Shown: positions 1-13,273, counted from the first letter of the stretch. The stretch: 64,000 nucleotides of DNA from Octopus vulgaris (GCA_951406725.2 OX597836.1:27156001-27220000), one strand, 5' to 3'. The notes: a model not told the origin generated them from the sequence alone. A program made the numbers and translations.

Positions 1-347
1 AAAATCGATCAACATGAATGGAAATTGTAGCTGTGATACCAGTGCTGGTGGCACATAAGAGAACCATCCGAATATGGCCGTTGCCAGTGCCGCCCTGACT
101 GGCTTCCGTGCCGGTGGCACGTAAAAAGCACCATCCGACCGTGGCCGTTTGCCAGCCTCGTCTGGCACCTAAAAAGCACCCACTACACTCACGGAGTGGT
201 TGGCGTTAGGAAGGGCATCCAGCCGTAGAAACATTGCCAGATCAGACTGGGCCTGGTGCAGCCTTCTGGCTTCCCAGACCCCAGTTGCACCATCCAACCC
301 ATGCCAGCATGGAAAGCAGATGCTAAACGATGATGATGATGATGATG
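1..347 (+). mobile_element. SINE-like repeat, family C ((GAT)n tail, internal ~60-bp subrepeats), 5' end outside window
   Basis: Core ggcgttaggaagggcatccagc..gtccaacccatgc..aaacgatgatgat. Recurs at 4945-5230, 25748-26179, 26826-27390, 40420-40685 (+) and 42762-43185, 62973-63232 (-). Confidence 0.7.
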
Positions 348-472
348 ACCAGCTGAGACCATAGACATTATCCAGCCATCTCATTCTTGCTTTTCTCCTC
401 AGTTGGTTGGCTCAGCCTGAAGAATCCACCATGCAATTCTTTTCTGTGACATTTTAATTGCATGTTTCTAGT

Positions 473-807
473 ACCAGCCTTCATCAGGTATCTTGGGGAA
501 ATTTCAAACCTGGGTTCTCATTCCTGAGGTATTTTTCAATGTTATTATTGTTATCATTATTATTATTATCATTCAGGTCACTGCTTGGAATTGAACTCCA
601 AATCTTAGGGTTAGTAGCCTGCACTCTTAACCACTGTGCCATGTGCCAAGGTTCGAAATTTCCCCAAGACACCTGATGATATTTCTCCACATCTTGTTTG
701 TTGTTAACAAAACGTTTCGGCTGATATACCCTCCAGCCTTCATCAGGTGTCTTGGGGGAAATTTCGAACCTAGGTTCTCATTCCTAAGGTATTTTTCTAT
801 ATTATTA

Positions 808-861
<54 letters not shown>

Positions 862-1052
862 TCACTGCCTGGAATTGAACTCCGAATCTTAGGGTTAGTA
901 GCCTGCGCTCTTAACCACTGTGCCATGTGCCAAGGTTCGAAATTTCCCCAAGACACCTGATGAATGCTGGAGGGTATATCAGCCAAAACATTGAGTTAAC
1001 AACAAACAAGATGAGGACAAATATCTGTCAAATGTAAATAATGTAAATAACG
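473..1052. mobile_element. Penelope-like pLTR inverted-repeat cluster with hammerhead-like motifs
   Basis: About 687-775 is the reverse complement of about 930-1012; 473-677 duplicates 733-963. Carries gacac-CTGATGA-aggctg..cagcc-GAAA-cgtt. Same family at 48792-49063. Confidence 0.65.
706..751 (-). ncRNA. Minimal type-I hammerhead ribozyme motif (one stem I mismatch)
   Basis: Minus strand reads GACAC CUGAUGA A GGCUG gaggguauau CAGCC GAAA CG UU uuguu; palindromic AACGUU stands in for stem III. Confidence 0.55.
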
Positions 1053-1461
1053 TAATTCATTTCATGTTGCTCCAGTCCACTCAGCTGGCAAAATGGAGTA
1101 ACCCTGCAATGGAGTGGTGCCCCATCCAGTGGGAGGGGGGTGATATATATGCCATGAAACTGGTAACCCAGCCCTTATGAGTCTGTATGACTCGAGAAGA
1201 CAAACTTTACCTTTATGAAATAAACTTTAGCAACAAAACCCTTGTATGGACCCTCAATTGTCATGTGCACCCCAGTTGAAAACCTTTGGGTCCAGAAGAT
1301 TAAAAATGAAAGTGTGGTGTAGGATCATAGGTCTGTTTTTGTTTCAAAGCTGACCTGTGGCTAAACAACAACATCAACAACAACAACAGTAGCAGCAAGC
1401 AGCAGCAGCAATAACAACAACAACAACAACAACAACAAATTGTACTTGTCTTTTTATCTAG

Positions 1462-1636
1462 GGTTACCAATGAGGAAACATTTCAGCCAAAGTTCAGCAA
1501 AGGGATCGAGCAAGACATACAGTTCATCCATGTCCAACGCTGATAATAACCAGAACACCAACAACCCGTTTGTGCCAATCAACCAAGATTTTGAAGTACT
1601 CAGAAGAGATTTTAGAGTAGAAACAAGAGACCAAGG
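1462..1636 (+). CDS. Candidate internal exon of an unidentified gene (LPMRKHFSQSSAKGSSKTYSSSMSNADNNQNTNNPFVPINQDFEVLRRDFRVETRDQ)
   Basis: Polypyrimidine acceptor cttgtctttttatctag, donor GG|gtaaga, one open frame, non-repetitive island between simple repeats. No homology recognised. Confidence 0.45.
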
Positions 1637-1644
1637 GTAAGATC

Positions 1645-2160
1645 TTTGCTTCTTTTTCATTCCGCCCTTTCCTTCTCTTCCTCCTCCTCTTCTTCTTCTC
1701 CTTCTTCTACCTCTTCTCTTCTTCTTCCACTTCTCTTCTTCTTCCTCCTCTTCTTCTACTTCTTCTTCTTCTCCTTCTTCTACCTCTTCTCTTCTTCTTC
1801 CACTTCTTCTCTTCTTCTTCCTCCTCTTCTCTTCTTCTTCCTCCTGCTCCTCCTCCTCCTCCTCCACCCCAACCTCCGCCTCCTCTTCTTCCTCTCTTCT
1901 CCTTCTTCTTTCTCTCTTCTTCTCCTTCTTCTTCCTCCACCACCCCTCCGCCTCCCCCCTCGTCTTCTTCTTCTTCTTCTTCTTCTTCTTCTTCTTCTTC
2001 TTCTTCTTCTTCCTCCTCTTCCACCTCCCCTCCTCCCCTCCCCTCGTCTTCTTCATCCATCCACCCCCACCTCTGCCCCTACTCCACCTCTGCCTCTGCC
2101 TCCGCTTCTGCCTCTTCTACTTCTTCCTCCTCCTCTGCTTCCTCTTCCTCTTCTTCATCC
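1645..2160. repeat. Polypyrimidine (CTT/CCT)n tract
   Basis: About 500 bp of almost pure C/T trinucleotide repeats. Confidence 0.9.
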
Positions 2161-2243
2161 TGTTCCGTTGATCGGATCAACTGAAACCCTCATAGTCATA
2201 ACTGATGGAGTGCCAGTAGAATTGGTAAAGACAGAGAGAAATA

Positions 2244-2476
2244 CCTATTTCTTTACTACCCACAAGGGGCTAAACACAGAGAGGACAAGCAAGGACAGAC
2301 AAACGGATTAAGTCGATTATATCGACCCCAGTGCATAACTGGTACTTAATTTATTGACCCTGAAAGGATGAAAGGCAAAGTCAACCTCGGCGGAATTTTA
2401 ACTCAGAACGTAGCGGCAGACGAAATACCATTAAGCATTTCACCTGGTGTGCTAACGTTTCCGCCAGCTCGCTGCC
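2244..2476 (-). mobile_element. tRNA-derived SINE, family B
   Basis: Reverse complement of the ggcggcgagctggcagaa..gagttcaaattccgccgaggtcgactttgcctttcatcc..aaagaaatagg consensus; flanked by TSD agagagaaata. Confidence 0.8.
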
Positions 2477-3362
2477 TTACAAGAGAGAAATATCATTAAA
2501 CAATGGTGGGGGACAAGAACAAACACACACACACACACACACACATACTTGTGATGGAAATCTTTCAGTTTCCATCTACCACATCCACTCACAAAGCTTT
2601 GGTTTGCCCAGGGCTAGAGTAGAAAACGCTTGCCCAAGGTGCCAAACATGTGGTTGGGAAGCAAGCTTCTTACCACACAGCCATTTCTGTCAGTCAATTC
2701 TGATCAAGTAGAGTAATGATCAAAGCCATTTCAGCCATGACCATCCTGACTGTTAGTAAACTCAGAACTATAGTTTAAAGAGAGCAGAGCATGATGTGAG
2801 AAAGAGTAACGTTGCTTTGTAAACAGTAAGATTTGTTGTGCTAGATCGACCCTTTCATACAAATAAACAGTTCTAAAGGTCACGTGTGACATCACTGTAA
2901 CCAATATACCCGAGTCAATGCATTAATCTGACCTCTTGCCTTTTGAAAACAAAAGAAAGATGTATTAGAAAAGCGAATTATGTCGAATTAACTTCCATAT
3001 TCAATTATGTCTGTTAACCTAGTTGGATAAACTGACAACCAAGACTATGTGTGACATATTTCGGTTAGTTATGTCTAGATTATACACGGGTTATAAAAGG
3101 AATCAAAAGTCTTTAACACAAACATACATGGTCAGAAGGCCACCAGAATTTGGTACAAAAATACCCCCATGAAATGAGTGGGGGATATTTGTGTTAAGTG
3201 ATTCACAGGCCTGCTGAGAATAGCAGCTAAATTTCCTTAAATCACCCTAATTTCTAAGAAAAGGACAACAACAAAGAACATATTGGATGACATAGTCATA
3301 GATATATAAAGAGACAGGGTGGTCAAATGTGGAATGTTTTTGGTCATAAGTTTGAATAATTA

Positions 3363-3770
3363 GGCGTAGGAGTGGCTGTGTGGTAAGTAGCTTGCTTACG
3401 AACCACATGGTTTCGGATTCAGTCCCACAGCGTGGCACCTTGGGCAAGTGTCTTCTGCTATAGCCTCAGGCTGACTAAAGCCTCGTGAGTGGATTTGGTA
3501 GACGGAAACTGAAAGAAGCCCGTCGTATATATGTATACATATATATGTGTATGTTTGTGTGTTGTGTTTGCCCCCCTCCCCCAACATCGCTTGACAACCG
3601 ATGCTGGTGTGTTTACGTTCCCATAACTTAGTGGTTCGACAAAAGAGACAGATAGAATAAGTACTAGGCTTACAAAGAATAAGTCCTGGGGTCGATTTGA
3701 TTTGACTAAAGGCGGTGCTCCAGCATGGCCACAGTCAAATGACTGAAACAAGTAAATGAAATAAAATGAA
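3363..3770 (+). mobile_element. tRNA-derived SINE, family A (octopus OR/OK-like), full length
   Basis: A-box tggctgtgtgg, B-box-like gattcagtccc, central TA/TG microsatellite, tail gactgaaacaagtaaa. More than 25 full or partial copies in the window. Confidence 0.85.
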
Positions 3771-4908
3771 AACAAAAAAAAATAAGATTTTAAATGAGGT
3801 TAAACAACACTAAGAACAACAACATTGCACAATTAGATGGTAAAAACAAAAATGATGTCCAGAAAATAAATTAAAATGTCAGAAGGATGAAGGATAAAAA
3901 TCGACCTTGGAAGATTTGAACTCAGAACACAGGAACTGAATCAAAGTTCCATCCTTCAAGGGGTCGACAAGTACCAGTAATGCACTGGGTTTAATGCACT
4001 CAGTTTCCAGCATAATGCCCCCCAATATTAGGGAGTCAGATTTATTGCTATATTCGGGGTCATTTGGGACAACTGAGAAAGAATTCTTAGAATCATCGGT
4101 GGGTGGGGGGAGCGCTGTGGTATTTATCCAGCTCTTTATGTTCCGAGTTCAAATCCCACTGGAGCCAATTTGGCCTTTCTCCATATTCTCCATATAATGC
4201 ATCTAATATTATTAATAATAATTGATTATTATTGTGTATGCTTATAAATGTAACTATGTAAGTACATTTAAGTGTATTTATATGTATTTATGTATATCTA
4301 TATATGTATGCTTATGTATATGTATATGTATAAGTATGGAAATGTGTGTGTATTTATTTATATTTATATTTATTTATATTTATAACTTAACCTTATGTAC
4401 TTTCTAAAATCGCTGTCGAAGCCTAGAGAAACACCCAAGTACCTCAATTTCATCTACTAATTACTTCAGTCTACTGGAGGAATAAAGGTAGAATGAGGTA
4501 TTTTTACCTCTTGGCTGAAACAGCTGTAAGATATTTTCCCAATTTATATTCCTGTATGTTATATTTTAATAATTACTGGTATCTTTATATATTAATATAT
4601 TTTATATGTAAAGCATAATATGTTTTACATGTATGTATATTCTTGTAATTGTCATTTTAGTAAATAAATAAAGAAGTTGACATAATATAATGTCTAAAAG
4701 TTGATGAACTACCTATTGATCTCCTCCATTTTCTTATTGCTCTATAAATTAATGGTAAAATATCTCTTTACCTTCACCCATTTAGTATGCTCAGTAATGT
4801 AATTGCATTAAAAAACACTTGTGTATTAATAATTGGGTATTCTACCAGCAGTATATTGGATAGATATTATCCCTTAGTTGGTTGGATTCACAACCTCTAA
4901 CTTTCTTG

Positions 4909-4944
<36 letters not shown>

Positions 4945-5476
4945 GGCTGCCTGATTAGCTCTTGTGCTGGTGACACGTAAAAAGCACCATCCAAATGTGA
5001 CCAATGCCAGTGTCCTCTGACTGGTTCCTGTGCTGGTGGCACGTAAAAAACACCCGCTACACTCTTGGAGTGGTTGGCATTAGGAAGGGCATCCAGCTGT
5101 AGAAACATTGCCAGATCAGATTGGAGCCTGGTGCAGCCTTCTGGTTTGCCAGACCTCAGTCAAACCATCCAAGCCATGCCAGCATAGAAAGCAGATGTTA
5201 AACGATGATGATGATGATGATGATGTTGATGATACACATACACAAACATATATATGCATATATATGTATCTATGTGATGTGTGTGTGTGTGTGTGTGTAT
5301 GTTGCAACTCATTTCTACAGTTGAGTTAACTGGAGCAGTGTGAAATAAAGTGTCTTGCTCAAGAACACAACACACAGCCTGGTCCGGGAATTGAACTCAC
5401 AACCTCACGATCATAAGCTCTACGCTCTAACCACTAAGCCATGTGCCTTCACCCATGTATATATATATATAAAATA

Positions 5477-5639
5477 GGGGTAGGAGTGGCTGTGTTGTAA
5501 GTAGCTTGCTTACCAACCACATGGTTCCGAGTTCAGTCCCACTGTGTGACACCTTGGGCAAGTGTCTTCTACTATAGCCTCTGACCGACCAAAGCCTTGT
5601 GAGTGGATTTGGTTGACGGAAACTGAAAGAAGCCTGTCG

Positions 5640-5708
<69 letters not shown>

Positions 5709-5912
5709 TTGTGTGTCTGCGTTTGTCCCCCCAACATCGCTTGACAACCGATGCTGGTGTGTTTACGTCTCCGTAACTTAGCGGTTTGGCAAAAGAGACC
5801 GATAGAATAAGTACTAAGGCTTGCAAAGAATAAGTCCTGGGGTCGATTTGCTCGACTAAAGGGGGTGCTCCAGCATGGCCACAGTCAAATGACTGAAACA
5901 AGTAAAAGAGGA
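5477..5912 (+). mobile_element. SINE family A, full length
   Basis: Matches the family A consensus end to end. Confidence 0.85.
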
Positions 5913-5961
5913 AAAGAGGAATATATATAGGTAGATAGATAGATAGATAGATAGATAGATG

Positions 5962-6019
<58 letters not shown>

Positions 6020-6419
6020 CAGATAGATAGCAGACAGATGTATACATACATATAAAATATTGCTTCTCCCCCGCCCCCATCACATTCAAGGCCTGGGGCT
6101 TGGGTGCCATTGAGATCTCCAAGATGCAGTTATCTAACTCAAGAGATTGATTCCAAATTCTTCACCTACAACCTGGCTGCATTTCCAATAAGTCTCTACT
6201 ACTACTGTCGCTTCTATTACTACTGCAGGTACTATTGTTGCTGTTGTTGTTGTTGTTGTAGCAGCTGCTGCCGCAAGCCTTGTTGTTGTTGTTGTTGTTG
6301 TTGTTAGGCTGAAAGTTAGTCGTCACCAAGCAGTACTACAACTGAATTTGTTCCAGCCACGACCATCCCTTCTTTGTAATACTCAGGACTCCTAAGTTTC
6401 CTTCTTCTTACTGGACGAT

Positions 6420-6900
6420 GCTGTTATTTCTAGCATAAATGCTTCCTCGACATCCCATAGTAGACATTCTTGTTGTTGTTGGCGACGGTGGTGGTGTTAG
6501 TGTTAGTGGTGGTGCTAGTGGTGTTGGTGGTGTTGATGGTGGTGGTGGTGGTAGTGGTGGACGGTGAATGCATTGATGTTTGAGAGAATTTGGCTGTTAT
6601 TTCTAGCATAAATGCTTCCTCGACATCCTATAGTAGACATTCTTGTTGTTGTTGGCAACCGGTGGTGGTGTTAGTGGTGGTGGTGGTGCTAGTGGTGTTG
6701 GTGGTGTTGATGGTGGTGGTGGTGGTGGTAGTGGTGGACGGTGAATGCATTGATGTTTGAGAGAATTTGGCTGTTATTTCTAGCATAAATGCTTCCTCGA
6801 CATCCTATAGTAGACATTCTTGTTGTTGTTGGCGACCGGTGGTGGTGTTAGTGGTGGTGCTAGTGGTGTTGTTGTTGTTGGTGGTGGTGGTGTTGGTGTT
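6420..6900. repeat. Tandem triplication of a ~175-bp unit
   Basis: gctgttatttctagcataaatgcttcctcgacatcc..agtagacattcttgttg recurs at ~6420, ~6593 and ~6770, each followed by (GGT)n. Confidence 0.85.
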
Positions 6901-7392
6901 GGTGATGGTGGTGGTGGTGGTGGTGCTGCTACTGCTGCTGCTGCTGCTTTTGCCGTTTCCTCTCAGTTCTACAGAAGAACAGCAAATGTAGAGGAGACAA
7001 GGAATAAAAATTCAGTGTTGCAGCTGTTTGTTGTTGTACGGTGAGAGTGTTGGTGGGGGACGGGAGAGTGGTGGTGGTGGTGGTGGTGGTGGTGGTGGTG
7101 GCGGTGATGGTGGCGGTGGTGGTGGAGAGCATTGGAGGCCGGGGTGGGGTATGTTGGGCGAAGATGGAGATGTGAAGTTGCTGCTGGGACCAAAAACGGT
7201 CCATATCTGTCTGTTGTCACAGTAGTGATGCTAATGGTGGTGGTGGTGGTTGTGGGGATGGTGGTGGTGGTGGTGATGGTGGTGGTGGTAGTGGGGGGGT
7301 GATAAAGAAAGGAAGAAAAGAAGAAAAAGGTGAAGAGACAGAAGGAAACAAAGGGCAAGTGTAGTTGATGTTGCAGGAGATAGCTGGGCCAG

Positions 7393-7442
<50 letters not shown>

Positions 7443-7789
7443 GTGAGGGTGATGATGATGGTGATGGTGGTGGTGGTTGTGGTGGTGGTGATGATGATGG
7501 TGATAGTGATGATGATGATGATGGTGGTGGTGGTTACAATGCTGCTGCTGCTGATGATGATGGTTGTAGTGGTGTTGGGGGTGATGATGATGGTGGTGGT
7601 GTTGGTGTTGGTGGTGATGATGATTGTGGTGGTGGTGGTGGTTGTGGTGGTGGTGATGGTGGTGATAATGATGATGATGATGATGTACCATTCTTCACAG
7701 TCTGCTACTGTAACAGCAGACAGTGCCAAACAAAAGACATTTCCCAGCAGAAATTTTCTCCAAGACAGTATTCTACTTCTAGTGAGTGA

Positions 7790-7839
<50 letters not shown>

Positions 7840-8356
7840 TAAGGCTAATGTGTCACTGTATATTTTGGTATTTCATTGTGTGCTGGTTGACTGAACTCAG
7901 TATTTCGTGGGAGTATATTTTATGTGCGAATGTGTGTATGTGTGTGTATATATACATATGTATGTATGTGTATGTGTGTGTATAAATATATATACACACA
8001 CACACATGTATATATAAGCATAATGAATCTCTAAGAGAAATACATTATACACAATGCTGATATATACAATTATGAGATTTGTATCTACACACACACACAC
8101 CTGAGATAACATCAAGAGAAAGAGTCCTGTATACACATTGCGGTGTTTATTCATATGAAACTAATGTTTCACTCCATCAGCACCAATGGTTGCTCACTTC
8201 ATGCCATCATTCAGATGACAAAAAAAAAATGAATGAGACAAACTAGGTTTATGGAAAACACCATTTAAATAAATTTTTATTGGTCTACAGTAGCCAGGTG
8301 GAAGCACTGTAGCATGACATGGCATGGCTGGAGTTGCTGGCACTGTGAGGTAACTT

Positions 8357-8577
8357 TACAAGGGAACACTGAAAAGTTCCTGAATTAGGGTCAAAGATGA
8401 TAGAGGAGGATCAGTTAATTATGATTTCATTCGACATATTCCCCTCTCAGATTCACACACTTATTGCAGCGATCCTTCAGTTTTTCTAAGCCCTGTATAA
8501 AGAACTTGGAAGATTGGGCCTCCAACCAGGCCTTTCACAACACCCTTAAAACCAGTTACTTTTCAGCACCCCTCGTA
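8357..8577. mobile_element. Mariner-type MITE (non-autonomous)
   Basis: Ends tacaagggaacactgaaaagt ... acttttcagcacccctcgta, a TACGAGGGG-type TIR with TA target. Confidence 0.65.
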
Positions 8578-8734
8578 TAGATATAACTTTTACTGGTGGA
8601 TGAAAGGTCATAACTATGAAAATAATAGACACAGGGGCTGGGTGTAGCAGAATGGCCTGGGACAGGTATGGACATCCTCTCTTGACCCAGGTAAATATTT
8701 ATAAGCATTAAATTTGCTGATGGAAAAAAAAATA

Positions 8735-9415
8735 GTTTCAGGCTTCTCAATCAATGATCCGGACAGTTGCTTCAAAATATGAAACTTTTCAGATAGACAC
8801 AAGTTACATCTTTCTTCTCCATGCAACTACATATTTTGTAGTATCCACAATGTTTTAGGTTATGAGAGTGTTTGCAGTTGCCTTGTCCTGTAGTGAGAGT
8901 AACATAGAATTAACCTTTATTTCTGGATTTAAATAATTGTACGTATAAAGATATGAAGGTGCTTGATCTGGATGTCCTGAGATGGGAGGTGGTTGCAAAC
9001 GATCACCCACACTGGAGACCAATACTGTGAAAGGGGACGAAGTGAGGGGAAGAAAAACAGGAACGCACCACCAAAGAAAACCGCACTTGCCAGAAGGAAA
9101 GGCCAGTAGAGAGCTCTTTCAAATGCAGTCTCCCTATGCATGACTGCCACTCCAATGTAACCCTTATACAGCCACAGCAGACGCTGTACCACCATCGGCA
9201 GCTGACACAGTTCCTTTGTGTGAAAATCCATGGCTCCTCCAGGCCGATGGATGCCTACAACATAACTGTTGTGTCTGATCTTGAAAGTATTCTCCATAAG
9301 TCCAATATAATTCGTTTCAACATCACTGGTGGATGTTATAGTTGTTCTATATACTGCTATCTTAAATTGAGAACTTCCTCGAAAGGTGGCAGTTCCGGAT
9401 GCTTCTGAAATTACA
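8735..9415 (-). pseudogene. Decayed Penelope-like element GIY-YIG endonuclease region
   Basis: Frameshifted translation CNFRSIRNC../AVYRTTITSTSDVETNYIGLMENTFKIRHNSY ... ERCNLCLSEKFHIL matches PLE VY..YIG and C-terminal CxLCxxEK motifs. Confidence 0.6.
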
Positions 9416-9834
9416 AGTTGACCATTTGGTAAGAAGTGACTTCCTCTGACTTAGGTTATGGTGCAAGATTAAATCTGTGTAAGTCAATCTAAATTTGCAT
9501 GTTAGAATATTTGTATAAATATGTGTATAAGTGTGTGTGTGTATTTTGTTGTATTTTGGGAGGGTCATTATGCCAATAATAAACACATACACTGGTTCTA
9601 TTTCATTTGTTTATTATTTGTCAATTGGTTAAACGTTTAACCAACTAACTAATTGATTGTTCAATTAATCATTCTGTTAATCAGTCCATCAGTTCTCTTG
9701 GTCAAAGTCATTTTGTCATCTTTTACGACCTCTTTAATCACCTTTTTGTTCCAGGTCAGCTTCAGCAGTTTGTGTTTGAGTCTTTAGTTTTAGTTTATTT
9801 TGTATGTTGCTGTATGGTTATGAGGATGAAGCTA

Positions 9835-10394
9835 TATGTATGTATGTATGCATGTATGTATGTATGTATGTATGTATGTATGTATGTATGTATGTATGTA
9901 TGTATGTATGTATGTATGTATGTATGTATGTATGTATGTATGTATGTATCTGTATATGTATGTGTGTGTGTATGTATGTATGTATGTGTGTGTATATATG
10001 TATATATGTATCTATGTGTATATGTATGTATATATGTATGTGTGTATTTGTGTATGTATGTATATATGTATGTATGTGTGTATGTATGTACGTATGTATG
10101 TATTTGTGTATGTATGCATATATGTATGTATGTGTGTATATATGTATATATGTATGTATGTATGTATATATATATGTGTGTGTGTGTGTGTGTATGTATG
10201 TATGCGTGTATGTATGCATGTATGCATATATGTATGTATGCATGTATATATGTATGTGTATATGTACGTATGTATGTATCTGTGTGTGTATGTATGTATA
10301 CTTCTATGTATGTATGTGTATGTATGTACATATGTATGTAGGCATGTATGTATGTATATATATGTATGTGTATAAGTACATATGTATGTATGTA

Positions 10395-10435
<41 letters not shown>
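9835..10435. repeat. (TATG)n/(TG)n microsatellite
   Basis: Seen directly. Confidence 0.9.
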
Positions 10436-10778
10436 ATATCTATTAATATACACACACACGTACAACTATAATATACCTTATATTTACAGGACGCATCCGA
10501 AAACACCATCACCTTGTCTCCGACATCTAAAGAAAGTTTCGCATGCTCCTGCCTAATCCCTCTGATCTCAACTGCAATGTGTGTTAAATGGTGGTCAACT
10601 TCTCAGTAGATCCATTACCTTCCCACCCACCACCACCGCTGCTACTCTCGACCATTGTCTCATGGCTGTGAAGAATGATTTAATGTCAGATATGCAATAA
10701 ATAAGGGGAACCAAAAGCAGTGTTCAGGAATGGTTTCTTACATTTTTCTTCTTCATCTTTTCTTGACCTAACTCTCTC

Positions 10779-11183
10779 TCTTTACTCTTTTACTTGTTTC
10801 AGTCATTTGACTGCGGCCATGCTGGAGCACCGCCTTTTTAGTCGAGCAAATCGACCCTGGGACTTATTCTTTGGAAGCCCAGTACTTATTCTATCGGTCT
10901 CTTTTGCCGAACCGCTAAGTGACGGGGACGTAAACACACCAGCATCGGTTGTCAAGCAATGCTAGGGAGACAAACACAGACACACAAACACACACACACA
11001 CATATATATATACATATATACGACAGGCTTCTTTCAGTTTCCGTCTACCAAATCCACTCACAAGGCATTGGTCGGCCCGGGGCTATAGCAGAAGACACTT
11101 GCCCAAGATGCCACGCAGTGGGACTGAACCCGCAACCATGTGGTTGGTTAGCAAGCTACTTACCACACAGCCACTCCTGCGCC
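10779..11183 (-). mobile_element. SINE family A, full length
   Basis: Reverse complement of the family A consensus. Confidence 0.85.
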
Positions 11184-11434
11184 TAACAATATCATTTGTT
11201 TTCTGAAGGTAAAAATATATCTTTGTCTGAAAATTGTGACTTCCCCCCCTCCCCTCCATTTTTACAGTTCTTACCAACAAAAGCAGAAAATATAAAACTC
11301 ATCCAACCATTAAAAAAGCTTCAGTAGTTCATTGACCGTTTAGAAATAACAGCCAAAATAACCTTGAAATAAAATGGTGTTACAAAAAGCAACAAGAGAT
11401 TATGAGCAACCGTTGCACTCAGCAACATAAACAA

Positions 11435-12003
11435 CACACACGCATGGACACACACATACACATATGCACACACATGCTTGCATTCACACACACATACACA
11501 TGCCCATACACATACAAATGCACACATATATGCACGCACACACATACATAGTCACACATAAACATATACAAATTTGCACACTCATGCACACACAAGCATG
11601 TGCACGCACACACACATACACACTCATGCACACACAAACACACATACACACATGCATGCATACACATACAAGCACACACATACACAGACACACATGTACA
11701 CACACACACACACATACATGCATACACATACAAGCACACACAGACACACATGTACGTACACACACATACATGCATACACATACAAGCACACACAGACACA
11801 CATGTACACACACACACATACATGCATACACATACAAGCACACACAGACACACATGTATACACACACACTCACACACATACACAATTACACAGACAATTA
11901 CACACACAAATACACAAACACACATGCTCACACACACACACACACAAACGGACACACAGACACACACACACACACACACAAATGGACACACAAACACACA
12001 CAC
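11435..12003. repeat. Degenerate (CA)n/(CATA)n microsatellite
   Basis: Seen directly. Confidence 0.9.
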
Positions 12004-12495
12004 AGAGAAGATGAAGGCACAAGGCATTATGTTGAACAAACAGCTCTACAACATTCAGTGTACACATAGAAGACACATTTTAGAGAACGCAAAGTCTTGA
12101 CCAACCCTAACCCTAATTACCTGCACCCATTATTTGTCAATAAATGCTTGGCTTGTCCCAGGGAACCTTCTGAGCAAGGTACGAAGTCAGTCTTCCATCT
12201 CTGTGAGGTTCTTCTATATCCACATGTGAGCATGTAACATGTGGATGACCAAACACAAGCAGTGACCCCAGTTGGATCCTCAGAGAAGAGAACACAGTCT
12301 GAAGGATCCAACTTGCAAAATTGACCCCGGTCGAACCGTCCAACCCATGCCAGTATGGAAAACGGATGTTAAACGATGATGATGATGATGATGATATATT
12401 TATATACATATATGTATGTGTGTATATATATATATCAAACCGTCCAACCCGTGCTAGCGCGGAAAACGGACGTTAAACGATGATGATGATGATGA

Positions 12496-12547
<52 letters not shown>

Positions 12548-12550
12548 CTG

Positions 12551-12589
<39 letters not shown>

Positions 12590-13273
12590 CAGGCTTTCAG
12601 TTTTCATCAATCAAATCCACTCACAAACCTTGGGTCTGCCTGGGGCTATAATAGAAAAATCTTCACAGGGTACCATGCAGAGGTATTGAACCCAGAACCA
12701 TGTGGTTTGGAAGCAAACTTCTTACCACACAGCCATGCCTCGTTCACAACATACGTCTCTACAATATAATTGTAACCAGCAAACTCTTATCTTTTCCATT
12801 CTCTTCAGATAAACATAAAAACATAAAAAATTATACATTCATACAAAATTAGATAACGTACCAATCACTTCTTGAGCCCTATAACGGTCTGTGGTGAGAC
12901 GTGAACCATTGAATGGTGCAAGGGAAGAACTACTGTGGGGAAGAGGTATAGCGACCGTGTCATCTTGGCCCCTTTCCGATGGAGTCATTACCAGGGATAA
13001 CAGAACAACCTCCATGGGGGTTGATGATATCTATGAGAAAGAATAGCCAAGTCTGTATTGGAAAGAAAGAAAAGAAAGGAAGAAGGTGAGATGGTCACTG
13101 TTGGAAAGCTTTTGATCGAAACACAACAACAACAAATGACATACACAGATAACGTGAACAGTGGAAGCACATATAACATTCCTGGACAGCCCTGGTGCAC
13201 TTCATGCATTAAATCACTGCCTATCGAAGTGCACGGTGTCGTCCTCAACTCCTCTGTGACACTGATATATTTA

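Noticed and set aside
1454-2311. Long K/E/R-rich and L/S/P-rich ORFs
   Set aside because: Translations of a CTT/CCT microsatellite.
4011-4098. Possible exon (IMPPNIRESDLLLYSGSFGTTEKEFLESS)
   Set aside because: Weak splice sites, embedded among SINE fragments, no homology.
12104-12116. ccctaaccctaa telomere-like hexamers
   Set aside because: Only two units; expected by chance.
12121-12298. Minus-strand exon-like segment with ag/gt ends
   Set aside because: No partner exons or recognisable homology.
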